Source: Candidatus Dadabacteria bacterium (GTDB lineage Bacteria; Desulfobacterota_D; UBA1144; Nemesobacterales; CSP1-2). From it: a DNA stretch of 64,000 nt. The DNA is taken from the NCBI GenBank assembly GCA_963805855.1, contig CAWDVW010000006.1, positions 64,001 to 128,000 on the forward strand, given 5' to 3'. Below, one piece after another: positions 1 to 10,847 of this stretch. The stretch's first letter is position 1, and every line of letters starts with the position of its first letter. A program made the translations under genes and the position numbers. Under the pieces are notes generated by a model, which saw only the letters and a program-made list of their open reading frames with translations, had not been told where the DNA came from and searched no databases.

Positions 1-80
1 GCAAGTGGACCAAGCCTAGACCCAATTACTCTCCGCCATAAATATGGGGGGAACAAGTTTGATGGGGAGTCCAATACTCT

Positions 81-165
81 GTCATGCTCGAGGATTCCCC
101 GCTAGTAACATGCGTGGACAAGCCCCCGATAAAGGCATTCGAGTACATGCTTTATTGGGAATCCA
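81..165. repeat. REP-like palindromic repeat (GTCAT...TCCA family) with a nested insertion
   Basis: GTCATGCTCGAGGATTCCCCGCTAGTAACATGCGTGGACAAGC...TTTATTGGGAATCCA resembles 46870-46927 and the reverse complement of 27598-27655. Confidence 0.6.
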
Positions 166-330
166 CACAGAGGTCAAAGAAAAGACGCAAGGATTGTCTG
201 GTTATTTTCTGATGCCCTTCACCTTACTGCCGGGAGTTTCAATTATATAAATATCCGAGCGTTAGGCCCCCTATTCACATCTTTAACTTGATTATTTAAT
301 TGCGGTTGGGATAATATAAGGCCTAATACA

Positions 331-414
331 GGGCAGGTGGCGAAACTGGCAGACGCGACGGCCTCAAAAGCCGTTGGACGAGAGTTCATGAGGGTTCGAG
401 TCCCTCCCTGCCCA
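331..414 (+). tRNA. tRNA-Leu(CAA)
   Basis: Acceptor stem GGGCAGG/CCTGCCC; anticodon arm ACGGC-CTCAAAA-GCCGT; long variable arm; T arm GAGGG-TTCGAGT-CCCTC; discriminator A; CCA not encoded. Confidence 0.95.
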
Positions 415-439
415 GTCCTAAACGTGGTGCCGGGATGAA

Positions 440-466
440 GTAGGGGCGGTCAATTGAACGCCCCTA
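440..466. repeat. GTAG-type REP-like hairpin, possibly a terminator between convergent tRNA-Leu and moeZ
   Basis: GTAGGGGCG-GTCAATTGAA-CGCCCCTA; perfect 8-bp stem TAGGGGCG/CGCCCCTA. Confidence 0.55.
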
Positions 467-527
467 GTCCGTAAAGTTCGTCTTTTAGCGATTATTGGTC
501 GATTGAAGAAATAACTGAAATGACCAC

Positions 528-1679
528 TCAATATCTGGGCATGGAGGGGTCATGCTTTTCTGCCCATGAATCGATGCCACCACCGAGATTCTTTACCCTC
601 TTGAAACCCATGTGCCTCAGAAACCTGGTTGCCTGTAGGCTTCTCATTCCATGATGGCAATGAATTATGATATCATCTGCTGTGTCAAGTTCATTGATCC
701 TAGATGGTAAGTCACCCAATGGTATTAATTTAGAACCGTTTATCTTGCATATTTCATACTCATGGGGTTCCCTCACATCCAGTATCACTAAGTTGTTGCT
801 TTTATTTGATAGGATGTCCTTAAATTCATCGACTGTAATCTCGATGTCGGAAACATCTCCGATTACCTCAGGGTCCCCGCGTCCAATTCCGCAAAACTCC
901 TCATAATCGATGAGTTTCGTTATTGTCGGATTTTTACCGCAAATGGGGCAACTTGAATCCTTTCTGAGTTTTAACTCCCTGATTTTCATCTCCATCACAT
1001 CTAAGAAGAGAAGCTTTCCAATCAAAGGTTGACCTTTGCCGATAATAAGCTTGATCGCTTCAGCAGCCTGCAGAGTCCCGATAATACCGGGAAGTATTCC
1101 TAATACCCCACCTTCTGCACAGCTTGGTACCATCCCCGGTGGTGGGGGCTCAGGGTAAAGGCATCTATAGCATGGCCCTCTCTTTGCGTCGAATACACTC
1201 ACCTGACCTTCGAATCTGAAAATGCTTCCATAGACATTCGGTTTCCCCAGGAGTACACATGCATCATTGACCAAGTAACGCGTAGCAAAGTTATCTGTTC
1301 CATCGATTATGACATCGTAATCCTCAATTATTTCCATTGCATTACCGGATGTTAGCATCGTGTTGTAAGTCTGAACGCTGATGTCTGAATTAAGCTCCAT
1401 GAGTCTTTCTTTTGCAGATTCGACCTTTAGCTTACCGATGTTTTTTTCGCTATGTATAATCTGCCTTTGAAGGTTGCTGAAATCCACAACATCAAAATCG
1501 AGGATCCCAAGTTTACCAACTCCGGCTGCGGCTAAATACAATGCTAGTGGAGAACCAAGGCCTCCGGCTCCTATACACAAGACCTTGGATTCAAGCAGTT
1601 TCTCCTGCCCTTCAACCCCTACCTCAGGCATTATCAAATGTCTGCTGTAGCGACTGACTTGCTCTTTAGTGAGATTCAT
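528..1679 (-). CDS. moeZ: MoeB/MoeZ-type sulfur-carrier adenylyltransferase with C-terminal rhodanese domain
   Basis: RYSRHL, GAGGLGS, SNLQRQ, DGTDNF, CYRC and CPIC Zn motifs; rhodanese CHHGMRS. Confidence 0.92.
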   Translation of the reverse strand: MNLTKEQVSRYSRHLIMPEVGVEGQEKLLESKVLCIGAGGLGSPLALYLAAAGVGKLGILDFDVVDFSNLQRQIIHSEKNIGKLKVESAKERLMELNSDISVQTYNTMLTSGNAMEIIEDYDVIIDGTDNFATRYLVNDACVLLGKPNVYGSIFRFEGQVSVFDAKRGPCYRCLYPEPPPPGMVPSCAEGGVLGILPGIIGTLQAAEAIKLIIGKGQPLIGKLLFLDVMEMKIRELKLRKDSSCPICGKNPTITKLIDYEEFCGIGRGDPEVIGDVSDIEITVDEFKDILSNKSNNLVILDVREPHEYEICKINGSKLIPLGDLPSRINELDTADDIIIHCHHGMRSLQATRFLRHMGFKRVKNLGGGIDSWAEKHDPSMPRY

Positions 1680-1814
1680 CGACTAATACCATCCGTTTTT
1701 AATTATCTTCTTGAGGATTAATAAAATATAACACAAACATTAAAATTTCAAATCTAATTTTTGATTGTGGCTGTTGAGCCGATCCCTAATATCTATTTCG
1801 ATTCATAAGGGGGC

Positions 1815-2576
1815 TTATAGATTCATCTGTCTACGATTTATAAACGGGGCATGAATTTGATCCTTCTTATAGTTGCCGGTCAGAGCATAAATTATGATGT
1901 TGATACCTGTTCTGAAGGCGAGCTCTCTTTGAGATTCGCCGCCGGGAATGCATTCATATTGCCACCTGCCGAATTCGTCTTCAGACCATGCCCCACCCAG
2001 GTCATTCCGCGAGTAGATTAATGCGGTTCTCTCTTCATCTTCAAATGTTATTCCCTCGAGATAGGGTTTAATTATTCTGCGGCCGCTTGGCATGCCGAGA
2101 AGGTAAAAGGATCTATATAAGACATGGTCCCTTGGGATTCTTTCAAGTGAGTATTCTGGGAAGATCCTATCTGTTTCTAAACGAACCTGGTTATCAAAAG
2201 GCGAATTTTCTTCACCTGACACGTCATCGATCAGTAAAGTTCCTCCAAGTGTCAGAAATTTTCGGATTCTTTTTATTTCCGTTTCAGAGAATGGCTCAAA
2301 AGAGCCCCTTCCGGCTAAATAGAGAAAGGGGAAATGGAAAAGGTCCGGTGAATCAATCTCTATTTCCGTTTTTTGAAATGACGCTTTTACACTTGTTCTT
2401 AAGTCCAGTGTAGACATTAGCCTCCTGTATGCCCTGGGCCTGGGATCCCATTCGCCATTGTACTTTACCTGCGCGAAATAGAATTGGGATGCTCTATACG
2501 TGGCACTTAGAGGCAAATTTATTGATAAGACACCTCCGGTAAGAAAGAGGTTCAGGAATTCCCTTCGTGTTATCAC
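1815..2576 (-). CDS. DUF4159-family protein with a Tat-like leader
   Basis: TRREFL leader; FPFLYLAG, GGTLLIDD, NDLGGAW and GINIIIYALTG motifs typical of DUF4159. Confidence 0.7.
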   Translation of the reverse strand: MITRREFLNLFLTGGVLSINLPLSATYRASQFYFAQVKYNGEWDPRPRAYRRLMSTLDLRTSVKASFQKTEIEIDSPDLFHFPFLYLAGRGSFEPFSETEIKRIRKFLTLGGTLLIDDVSGEENSPFDNQVRLETDRIFPEYSLERIPRDHVLYRSFYLLGMPSGRRIIKPYLEGITFEDEERTALIYSRNDLGGAWSEDEFGRWQYECIPGGESQRELAFRTGINIIIYALTGNYKKDQIHAPFINRRQMNL

Positions 2577-2691
2577 AACTGTTTAATATTGATGATTTAG
2601 CCTCCAGGTGTCAAGCGAAAATTGCTATGATGCGGGCTCAAATCTTCAGCACTTTGGTATTTGATAAATCCAGGGCTATTGGTTAACTTAG

Positions 2692-3849
2692 TTGCCAATG
2701 GCTGAGGTTGACTTAAAAAAAAGGTCTCTTGCCGAGTACAGGGTTGAATTTCCCGTAACGAAGAAATTCATTTATCTCGACCATGCCGCAGTTGCCCCAT
2801 TGTCAAAAAGGGTCAAGGATACCGTAAATAAATTCCTAACAGAAGCGACCGAGGCGGCTTTTTTTAAATATAGTTACTGGATGGGTAGAGTCGAGGAAAT
2901 CAGGGGAAACTGTGCCGAGTTAGTTGGTTCTGAGAAAGAGGAAATTGCATTCATCAAAAATACGTCGCATGGTATTTCATTAGTTGCTGAAGGGCTTGAT
3001 TGGAAGGAGGGTGACAACGTTATCATTTTTGAGAAAGAGTTTCCCTCTAACATTTATCCGTGGCTCAATCTAGAGAGAAAGGGCGTTAAAGTGAAGTTTA
3101 TTCCTGCAAGGGGAAATATGATTTACATAGATGATATTGAGGAAATGATAGACGCAAATACGAGACTCCTTTCTATTAGCTCGGTACAGTTTTCTAACGG
3201 ATTTAGGGTTGATTTGGAAAGGTTGGGTGAACTTTGTAGGAGGAGAAAGGTTTTACTTTTTGTAGACGCGATTCAGAGCTTAGGAATAGCTCCAATGAAT
3301 GTGAGTGAGTTAGGAATTGATTTTCTTGCGTCGGACGGACACAAGTGGCTGCTCGGCCCGGAAGGGGCCGGGATATTTTATTGCAGACATGAACTTGCCG
3401 AGCTATTAAAACCTTCTCTGATAGGGTGGAAGAGCGTTGTAAATGAGAACGATTACGATCATATAGACTTTCGACTCAAAACCGATTCGCTCAGATTTGA
3501 AGAGGGTTCACTCAATGTTATGGGAATCATGGCTCTTGGCGCGGCGGTTGATCTACTTCTTGAAGTCGGGATTGACAGGATCGGCGAAAGGATACTTGAC
3601 CTTGGGGATTTGATTGTTGAGGAAGCTGAGAAGAGGGGATCGGAAATTAGATCACCAAGGGATAGAAAGCATCGGGCTGGAATTAATTCTATAATGGGAA
3701 ATTTTGATCCTATCGGTGTTAAGGATAGAATGAGGGCTGTTGGCATATTGGTTAATGTTAGGAGTGGGGCAATTCGGGTTGCACCTCATTTCTATAATAC
3801 GGAGGATGAGATACTGAAGTTTTTTACTGAGTTGGATAAACTAATGTGA
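2692..3849 (+). CDS. Class V PLP-dependent aminotransferase / cysteine desulfurase-like protein
   Basis: YLDHAA, VDAIQS, DGHKWLLGP (PLP lysine), IRVAPHFYN. Confidence 0.85.
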   Translation: MPMAEVDLKKRSLAEYRVEFPVTKKFIYLDHAAVAPLSKRVKDTVNKFLTEATEAAFFKYSYWMGRVEEIRGNCAELVGSEKEEIAFIKNTSHGISLVAEGLDWKEGDNVIIFEKEFPSNIYPWLNLERKGVKVKFIPARGNMIYIDDIEEMIDANTRLLSISSVQFSNGFRVDLERLGELCRRRKVLLFVDAIQSLGIAPMNVSELGIDFLASDGHKWLLGPEGAGIFYCRHELAELLKPSLIGWKSVVNENDYDHIDFRLKTDSLRFEEGSLNVMGIMALGAAVDLLLEVGIDRIGERILDLGDLIVEEAEKRGSEIRSPRDRKHRAGINSIMGNFDPIGVKDRMRAVGILVNVRSGAIRVAPHFYNTEDEILKFFTELDKLM

Positions 3850-4027
3850 TTCATGTAACGACTGATTATTCGGCACCTTCGGGCGTTTAGAATTCTGAAG
3901 AATAATTGAAAATCAGCATCGATTGAAGATTCGATACGCCGATTAAGCAGCTGAATGCATATAGATCCTTACTCATATTATCCAGTTAATGACTTGACAA
4001 TGTTTCAGGTTAACTTACCCGTGAAGA

Positions 4028-6265
4028 TTAGCCGCTTCTGCTAATCATAATTAGTGGGCATGATGTTTCCCGTGCAATTTGCAAGGCCAATTTCCCGAAT
4101 TTCTTACGTCTGCGCGCGAGGCGCTGAAGGCCGAGTATAACAAGATCGCTTTCGGCTGCGTTTTTGGTGATTTCGTTTAATACATTGTTGTTCAGTGCAA
4201 TCTTCACTTTGGGAACACCGGGAACTTCGTCGTTGGCTAGTTTGTCCAGTGCTTTGAGAGCCCTGTCGAATTCAACCTGTGACGCCTTTTCGGGTAATAC
4301 CCGAATGAATGTTATCTCCCTTGCACTAGTCCTGTAGAGGCTTCCAAGTAAACGTGCGCGAACCTCATCATGATCGCCCCGGCCCCCTATAGGAACCAGT
4401 ATTTTGTTCACCTCGGATAATCGCCATCCCTGCGGGGCGCGTAAAATAACAACATCACTGTCTACAGAACTCATTAACTCCTCAAGGTTTTTTTCGGTAA
4501 AGTCTTCGTTAAGATTGCTGAGTCCCAGAAGCAGGCTTTGACACCTATGGATACGAGACACACGTATGATCTCGGACCATGGTCTCGGCGACACGGTGGT
4601 AAGTGCCTCTGGTGAGAGACCAGCTGAAAAAGAAGCTATCAGGGCTTCACGCAGGACAGCCTGAGTATCCACTAATTGTTTGGGAAGATTTTCTGGATCC
4701 CACTCTTCTGGCGCCGACACCACCGATAGTAATAGGACTCTTCCAAAATTGGGCGGTGCGAGTGCATTCGCGAGTTTTACCATCGCCTCTGCGTTCGATG
4801 GATTTGCGATTGGAACCAGTACGAGGGGATTCTTCCCCCGCAATCGAGCAAGTTTCGGATCTATCGCCTGTGTAAGTGCGTCGACGATTCGGGCTCTTCT
4901 GGCAAAGATAACCAAAAATAATATTCCTCCTATTCCAAGTGCAATGCTTATTATCAAACCTGCTAGGGGTACTGCGATTCCCTGAAAGACCGCAAGACCT
5001 ATACATGTTGTTAACCCAATTGCAGGGATCAGTGGAAACCACGGTGTTCTAAAGTGCCGTTGCGTAGGATCGCCACGCCGTCTTGCAACAATAGAGATCC
5101 AGTGAGCGACCGCGAATGATATCAGAAAAACTAGGCTTGCAGCGGCTCCGGCTACTGCTACATTCGGGATGATGATCACGATAGCCGCCGTTATGACTGT
5201 TGTTGTGATTATGGCGGGGAGCGGAGTACCATAAGTAGCGTTCAGGGCGCCTAGGGTTTGCGGAAGTGTTCTATCGCGTGCCATTGTAAATGCGAACCTA
5301 GATGATGCAAGCAGATTCGCATAGAGCGCGGACAGCATGGAAAAGATCCCGGCAAATATGACAAGCCAGTATCCAAACCGACCGAGATAGTTTTGGGCGG
5401 CAATGGCAACGATTTCTGCGGGATTCTCGCTGCTTAGGGTAACAATGGACTGTCCAGATTTTATACCAACCGTCGCGATGAAAAACAGCAATGGAAGATA
5501 GATAGCAAGCGCAATTAACAATGAAACGAACATCGCCCTCGGGATTGTTTTTTCCGGTTCACGAACCTCACCCCCTATTGCAGCGATAAGGTCGAATCCC
5601 TGAAGGGCGATGAATGTGTATCCCATGGCTTGAATTAATCCCAGTATACCGAATGGCAAGAAAGGTTCTAACCTGCCAATCATTTCTCCACTAGACTGTC
5701 TATTAAAAGCTATATACCCCCCCACGACAAGGACGACGAAAACCAGTACTTTACCGATGTTTGCCCATTGTCCTCCGCTGGTACCCTTTCTGATCAGACC
5801 ATATGCATAAAAAGAAGTGGCACTCAGGGCAAACACAGTAACCATGGCTCCTCCGGTAATCCATGGGGGAGAGGGACCGATCAGCCAGCTCCATAAATTA
5901 TCTATCAGGATTACTACAAAAGAAGCGAATCCAATCGCGTAAAGCACCGCTGCAACAATAGACGCAAACCAAATCACCCAACCAACTGCAAATGCAACCT
6001 CGACTGATACTACCTTCTTGGCGAATGTATATGTGCCTCCAGACTCCGGAAATGTTGTGGACAGTTCGGCAAAGCTTAATGCGGTTATTAAGGCGATTAA
6101 TCCATTGAGTGCAAATGCAATGATAGCTCCAGGCCCGGTAGTTGCGAATGCAACGCCGGCCAGGGCAAGTATGCCTCCGCCAACTATAGCACCAACGCCA
6201 ACTCCAATCGTGCCCATCAGACCAAATTGGCGTTGCCCATGCATATTGCTATTCATTTCGGTCAC
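4028..6265 (-). CDS. APC-family amino acid permease fused to a C-terminal USP-like domain
   Basis: About 12 hydrophobic segments; GAIVGGG, SGGTYTF, GEVREPEKTIPRA; cytoplasmic VLVPIANP and ILVPIGG USP-like tail. Confidence 0.85.
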   Translation of the reverse strand: MTEMNSNMHGQRQFGLMGTIGVGVGAIVGGGILALAGVAFATTGPGAIIAFALNGLIALITALSFAELSTTFPESGGTYTFAKKVVSVEVAFAVGWVIWFASIVAAVLYAIGFASFVVILIDNLWSWLIGPSPPWITGGAMVTVFALSATSFYAYGLIRKGTSGGQWANIGKVLVFVVLVVGGYIAFNRQSSGEMIGRLEPFLPFGILGLIQAMGYTFIALQGFDLIAAIGGEVREPEKTIPRAMFVSLLIALAIYLPLLFFIATVGIKSGQSIVTLSSENPAEIVAIAAQNYLGRFGYWLVIFAGIFSMLSALYANLLASSRFAFTMARDRTLPQTLGALNATYGTPLPAIITTTVITAAIVIIIPNVAVAGAAASLVFLISFAVAHWISIVARRRGDPTQRHFRTPWFPLIPAIGLTTCIGLAVFQGIAVPLAGLIISIALGIGGILFLVIFARRARIVDALTQAIDPKLARLRGKNPLVLVPIANPSNAEAMVKLANALAPPNFGRVLLLSVVSAPEEWDPENLPKQLVDTQAVLREALIASFSAGLSPEALTTVSPRPWSEIIRVSRIHRCQSLLLGLSNLNEDFTEKNLEELMSSVDSDVVILRAPQGWRLSEVNKILVPIGGRGDHDEVRARLLGSLYRTSAREITFIRVLPEKASQVEFDRALKALDKLANDEVPGVPKVKIALNNNVLNEITKNAAESDLVILGLQRLARRRKKFGKLALQIARETSCPLIMISRSG

Positions 6266-6352
6266 GAATTATCTCTATGTTCAGATATAAATGATTCTAT
6301 CTGTTTTGGTGTAAATTGGGAGTATGTGTAATAGACATTAAATAGAGAAAAC

Positions 6353-7213
6353 TTAATCCGTTAGATGTCTACCCGTTTGAATGTTGATTTCGAATTCCAA
6401 TCTTGATGTTGCTTGACCCCCCCTATAGGTCCCTGAAATCGGGGCAGCAGATTCAGGAGTAATGCCCGATGCTAATGCAACATGGGTATTTGATACCGCC
6501 AACCCGAAACTAGGATCGAAACCCCGCCATCCACCACCCGGTATATATACCTCTGCCCATGCATGCAGATGCTTTTCGGTATTTGTCGACTCTCCGTTCT
6601 TGTATCCGCTCACAAATCTCGCGGCTATTCCCAAAGCACGGCAAGCATCTATAAATAGTACGACGAGGTCTCTGCAGGCACCTTTTTTTTTGGCAAGGGT
6701 GACTTCAGGAGGGTATGGATTTCCGCTTTCTCTAAAGATATGTTCAAAATTATTACAAATATACAAGCTAAGAGTTCTTAAAAATGCCGGTGTTTGATTA
6801 TTTGCCTCCTCTGATATATCGGTAGCTAATTTGTTAACCTCCGCATTTATACTGTCACGGCGTTGATATGGAATTAAAAAATGCCTGTAATAATCTGGAT
6901 AGGATATAGGCAGGTTAAGTGCCTCTTCGTTGTGTACTATGAAGTCAAAAGGATTTTTCCTGAGTGTCTCGACGACTGAAATAGTAGAAATTGTTAGTTC
7001 GTTGTGTAAGCCCTCGAACCACAGAGATATGGTATCATTTCCCTCAAGATCGACGCAGTCTGATTTTCCTACTTGAGGTGGTTCCACTTTTATTGCGAAT
7101 TTGTGCAGCTTTTGTGAGCAATCGTTTCGCGGCCTTAAACGAAGTGTGTGTGGCTCAAGAAAAACCTGTTTATTGTATTTATATCTTGTGATATGGCTGA
7201 TCTTAAAAATCAT
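6353..7213 (-). CDS. Transglutaminase family protein (likely start MIFKISH at 7213)
   Basis: N-terminal HITRYKY...LRLRPR domain; catalytic GACRD, HAW and FDP motifs. Confidence 0.9.
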   Translation of the reverse strand: MIFKISHITRYKYNKQVFLEPHTLRLRPRNDCSQKLHKFAIKVEPPQVGKSDCVDLEGNDTISLWFEGLHNELTISTISVVETLRKNPFDFIVHNEEALNLPISYPDYYRHFLIPYQRRDSINAEVNKLATDISEEANNQTPAFLRTLSLYICNNFEHIFRESGNPYPPEVTLAKKKGACRDLVVLFIDACRALGIAARFVSGYKNGESTNTEKHLHAWAEVYIPGGGWRGFDPSFGLAVSNTHVALASGITPESAAPISGTYRGGQATSRLEFEINIQTGRHLTD

Positions 7214-7218
7214 ATAAT

Positions 7219-7959
7219 TTAGATATGGCTTTTCTTCGGTACCTTCGATAATGCCTTCAGTATCCAATCGGAAGAGATTTCAGATACTGAACTTTTAATG
7301 CGATCCTGCCACCATTCGGAGATATGTATTAAATTTCGCATTTCGTAACGTTGTTCTACGACTACGTAAGAGTCCTTTTGGTATATAACGACATCGATCG
7401 GAAAATCTACATCGGAAGCGCTCGTTCTAGTGGCATCAAAGGCCAGATACCCTATCTTCAAGGCCGTCTCTATACCCGATTCATATGTTAGGGCACGATC
7501 CAGGATCGGTTTTCCAAAGCTGGATTCGCCTATCAAGTAATAGGGGGTGCCCTGTCCCACTTCAACCCAGTTTCCTTGAGGATACAGGAGGTAAAGTTTG
7601 TGTTCCTTGTCCCGTTCCAACTGGCCTCCTATGATCGAATAGAGATTAAATTGGAGTCCACTTTCTGCTAAGGCCTTTTTATCCTCATCGGCTACGCGCC
7701 TAACCATCGTTGCAAATGCGTTTACGGCCTTATACAGCTTATCGAAATTCTCATCGCTTTCCTCGAGAACCTCGCTGAAATATGTGAGGGCCTTGTCACG
7801 CAATGATCTGAGGCCCGAGGTCATAAGAAACATTGAGTGGTTACCATGTTGGTGAATAGTTACCTTACGTGCAGTTATACACTCGGAACCACTTGTCACA
7901 AGGGTGTCTGCAATTCCAACTAGGCCATCTTTGACTTTCATTCCGACACAAAAGGTCAT
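7219..7959 (-). CDS. Anbu proteasome-type (Ntn-hydrolase) peptidase
   Basis: MTFCVG with Thr as the nucleophile after Met removal; LYPQGNW, IGESSFGKPILDR; canonical operon context. Confidence 0.9.
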   Translation of the reverse strand: MTFCVGMKVKDGLVGIADTLVTSGSECITARKVTIHQHGNHSMFLMTSGLRSLRDKALTYFSEVLEESDENFDKLYKAVNAFATMVRRVADEDKKALAESGLQFNLYSIIGGQLERDKEHKLYLLYPQGNWVEVGQGTPYYLIGESSFGKPILDRALTYESGIETALKIGYLAFDATRTSASDVDFPIDVVIYQKDSYVVVEQRYEMRNLIHISEWWQDRIKSSVSEISSDWILKALSKVPKKSHI

Positions 7960-8939
7960 TCCGCGGTTTCCTTAAGTTGAGTGATTCCAGATACCGGTCG
8001 GAACGCAAAGAACGTTTCAAAGATTGAATCCCCTACCTGATTTAGTCTGGATTGAAAATTATCTAGATATTCATGTAAACCAGTTGAAAATATTTCGCTG
8101 ATTTGTGTATAGTCAAAATCTGAGCGTAAGCGACCGAGATTTCGCTCCGCGGGATTCTGAAATGTGCCTGGCTTGGAGCCGGTTATTGATTTGATTGATT
8201 CCTCAGCCTTGATGAGACAGTAATGTATTGACCTTGGAAACTCCCTGTCAAGTATCAGGAACTCAGCCACCTTCTTGTGATAAATACGGCGATGTTTCTT
8301 ACGATACATTTCGAGCGCACTGGCCGATTTTAGTAATGCTGCCCATTGGAGATTGTCAAAAGGGCTTCCCACATCATCGGGTCTTGGCAGCAGAATAAAG
8401 TACTTGACATCAAGTATTCGTGATGTCTTATCTGCTCTCTCAAGCAACCGTCCAAGCCTTGAAAAATGCCATGCTTCGCCATGAGACATGGTGGTATCTG
8501 TTAATCCGGTAAATAGGTGGCTTTCCAATTTAACCTTTGTGTAGAAATCGTGTGTATTCTTGGTGGCTTCATTGTTTGACATAGCATCTCGAACCATGAA
8601 GTAGAATTTGTTAATTTGCTCCCACATCTCAGAGGATATAATCTCTCTGACAGTCCTGGCGTTCTCCCGCGCTTTGATAAGTGTTGACAGGATGGAGTTG
8701 GGATTTTTATTGTCAAAGGTAAGGAATTGTATGACGTTTTCCCTTGTCGGCGCGCCGTAATGTTCATAGAAGATTTCTCTGTCTCCCGTTGTTATAACGA
8801 GCGGCTCCCATTGTTCTTCAGCCTCTACGTGGAGATCAAGAATAAGATGAGTGTTGACATCGATAAATCTGGCTACATTTTCTGCCCGTTCGATATACCG
8901 ACTCATCCAATATATTGAATCAGCAACACGGCTAAGCAT
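7956..8939 (-). CDS. Alpha-E domain protein (DUF403)
   Basis: MLSRVADSIYWMSRYIERAE, ARENAR, LERADKTSRILDVK. Confidence 0.92.
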   Translation of the reverse strand: MLSRVADSIYWMSRYIERAENVARFIDVNTHLILDLHVEAEEQWEPLVITTGDREIFYEHYGAPTRENVIQFLTFDNKNPNSILSTLIKARENARTVREIISSEMWEQINKFYFMVRDAMSNNEATKNTHDFYTKVKLESHLFTGLTDTTMSHGEAWHFSRLGRLLERADKTSRILDVKYFILLPRPDDVGSPFDNLQWAALLKSASALEMYRKKHRRIYHKKVAEFLILDREFPRSIHYCLIKAEESIKSITGSKPGTFQNPAERNLGRLRSDFDYTQISEIFSTGLHEYLDNFQSRLNQVGDSIFETFFAFRPVSGITQLKETAE

Positions 8940-9020
8940 AATATTTCATCTGATGAACTTTATTTAGTTTTGTTACTTGTCTTTCAATCTCAGATTCGTC
9001 AAACATTTGGTCAAATCGAT

Positions 9021-10463
9021 CTAATAATTCGTCCTGTCGAGCACCCATGTATCCTTACTTCCCCCTCCTTGAGATGAATTAACAACCAGAGATCCCTTTT
9101 TTAAAGCTACCCTAGTTAGACCCCCAGGAATGACGTAGATATCTTTTCCATACAGGACATAGGGGCGCAGATCCACGTGTCGCCCTTCGAGGTGATCTCC
9201 AACCAAGACGGGTACGCGCGAAAGGGTAAGAGTTGGTTGAGCAATATAGTTGCGTGGATTTTTATTGATCCTCAGGGCAAAATCGTGCGCTTGATTGGTA
9301 CTTGAATGAGGCCCAATCAGCATTCCATACCCTCCGGATTCATTAGCAGACTTGACGACAAATTTACCGAGGTTTTCCAATACGTGTTTACGCTCTTTTT
9401 CCTCCCAGCATACGTATGTCGGCACATTGGGTAAAATGGGTTCCTCACCCGTGTAATATTTGATGAGCTTGGGAACATAGGCATATATCACCTTGTCGTC
9501 GGCGATTCCCGTGCCAGGGGCATTCGCCATTGCAACACGACCAGATTTATACACATCCATGATTCCCGCCACACCCAACATCGAATCGCTTCGGAACGCT
9601 GAAGGATCCAGGAAATCGTCGTCTATTCTTCTGTATATTACGTCAACCCTTTTGAAACCCGTCGTTGTTCTCATGAAGACAGAACCGTCTGAAACGACCA
9701 GGTCGCTGCCCTCAACGAGTTCTATGCCCATTTGCTGGGCTAGGAACGAATGCTCAAAATAGGCGGAGTTGTATATTCCAGGTGTAAGGAGAACTACATT
9801 TGCTGCCTCAGCCATGGAGGGGGAAATGTATTGCAGCGTTTCCAAAAGCCGTTCCGGGTAATCATCCACGGGTCGTACCTTTGATGCTTCAAAGACAAGC
9901 GGGAAAGTTCTTTTCAGGACCTGCCTGTTCTCTAAGACATAGGACACTCCAGACGGGCATCTTAGATTATCCTCTAGAACATAGAACTGTCCATCTCTAT
10001 CACGAACTATGTCGATACCGGCGATGTGACACCAAATCCCTTTAGCAGGCTGCAACTCCATGCATTGTTTGTGAAAGCATTTTCCTCCGACTAAGAGCTC
10101 AGTCGGGATTACTCCGTCCTTGATTATCTTCTGGTCATTATAGATATCATCGATGAATAGGTTAAGGGCATAAATTCTCTGCTTTAATCCTCTCTCTATC
10201 AGTTCCCAATCGTCAGGCTCTATAATGCGAGGTATTATGTCGAAGGGAAAAATTTTCTCTATCCCTGATTCATTGCCGTAGACAGTGAATGTAACTCCCA
10301 TGTTAAAGAGTGCTACCTCGGCAGCCCTTTGTCTCTTCTGTAACTCCCCCTCTGGAAAGGATTGTAATCGGTCTATAAGGATTTTCGTTCCAGCACGCGG
10401 TGTACCCCGAGCCTCGAACAGCTCATCATAATGCCCTTCGGGATCGTAAGATTTAATGTTCAT
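9021..10463 (-). CDS. Circularly permuted type 2 ATP-grasp protein
   Basis: PFDIIPR, LEDNLRCPSGVSY, YRRIDDDFLDP, VVNSSQGGGSKDTWV. Confidence 0.95.
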   Translation of the reverse strand: MNIKSYDPEGHYDELFEARGTPRAGTKILIDRLQSFPEGELQKRQRAAEVALFNMGVTFTVYGNESGIEKIFPFDIIPRIIEPDDWELIERGLKQRIYALNLFIDDIYNDQKIIKDGVIPTELLVGGKCFHKQCMELQPAKGIWCHIAGIDIVRDRDGQFYVLEDNLRCPSGVSYVLENRQVLKRTFPLVFEASKVRPVDDYPERLLETLQYISPSMAEAANVVLLTPGIYNSAYFEHSFLAQQMGIELVEGSDLVVSDGSVFMRTTTGFKRVDVIYRRIDDDFLDPSAFRSDSMLGVAGIMDVYKSGRVAMANAPGTGIADDKVIYAYVPKLIKYYTGEEPILPNVPTYVCWEEKERKHVLENLGKFVVKSANESGGYGMLIGPHSSTNQAHDFALRINKNPRNYIAQPTLTLSRVPVLVGDHLEGRHVDLRPYVLYGKDIYVIPGGLTRVALKKGSLVVNSSQGGGSKDTWVLDRTNY

Positions 10464-10847
10464 TTCAATATGGAATATAAGCCAATCGTTTTATTTTTTC
10501 TTCAGTCGCCACAATAAATGGTGGTTCAACTGTTCAAATTGTTGAAGCCCGGAGTCCCGATAACTATATCTGCGCGTTCAATTTCCTCTTTCTGTTTTTT
10601 GACTTCGGTGTTGACATCAAAAATGCTTCAGGTCTTTTTAATATAGTTCCTCGACAATACCAATTCCTCTTCCAGCCATTGTCATATTAGATCATTGGTT
10701 TAGAATTTTACTTTAATTCTGAATTTTGAAAAGGTTAACCTTCCGCTCATAAGCTTCATCGGTAATCTTTGTGTGCGGCTCTTAGGAACTAGATGAGTTT
10801 TGTGAGTTTTATTTGATTTTTATTCGTGGGTAACCTAAGAATTCGGC

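Noticed and set aside
259-267. Integron attC core site (GCGTTAGGC), and similar words near 47486
   Set aside because: No matching inverse core or L boxes at a suitable distance; no intI
10500-10690. Possible decayed flavodoxin/FMN-reductase fragment on the minus strand (EEIERAD / IVIGTPGFN in different frames)
   Set aside because: Too short and degenerate to support without an alignment
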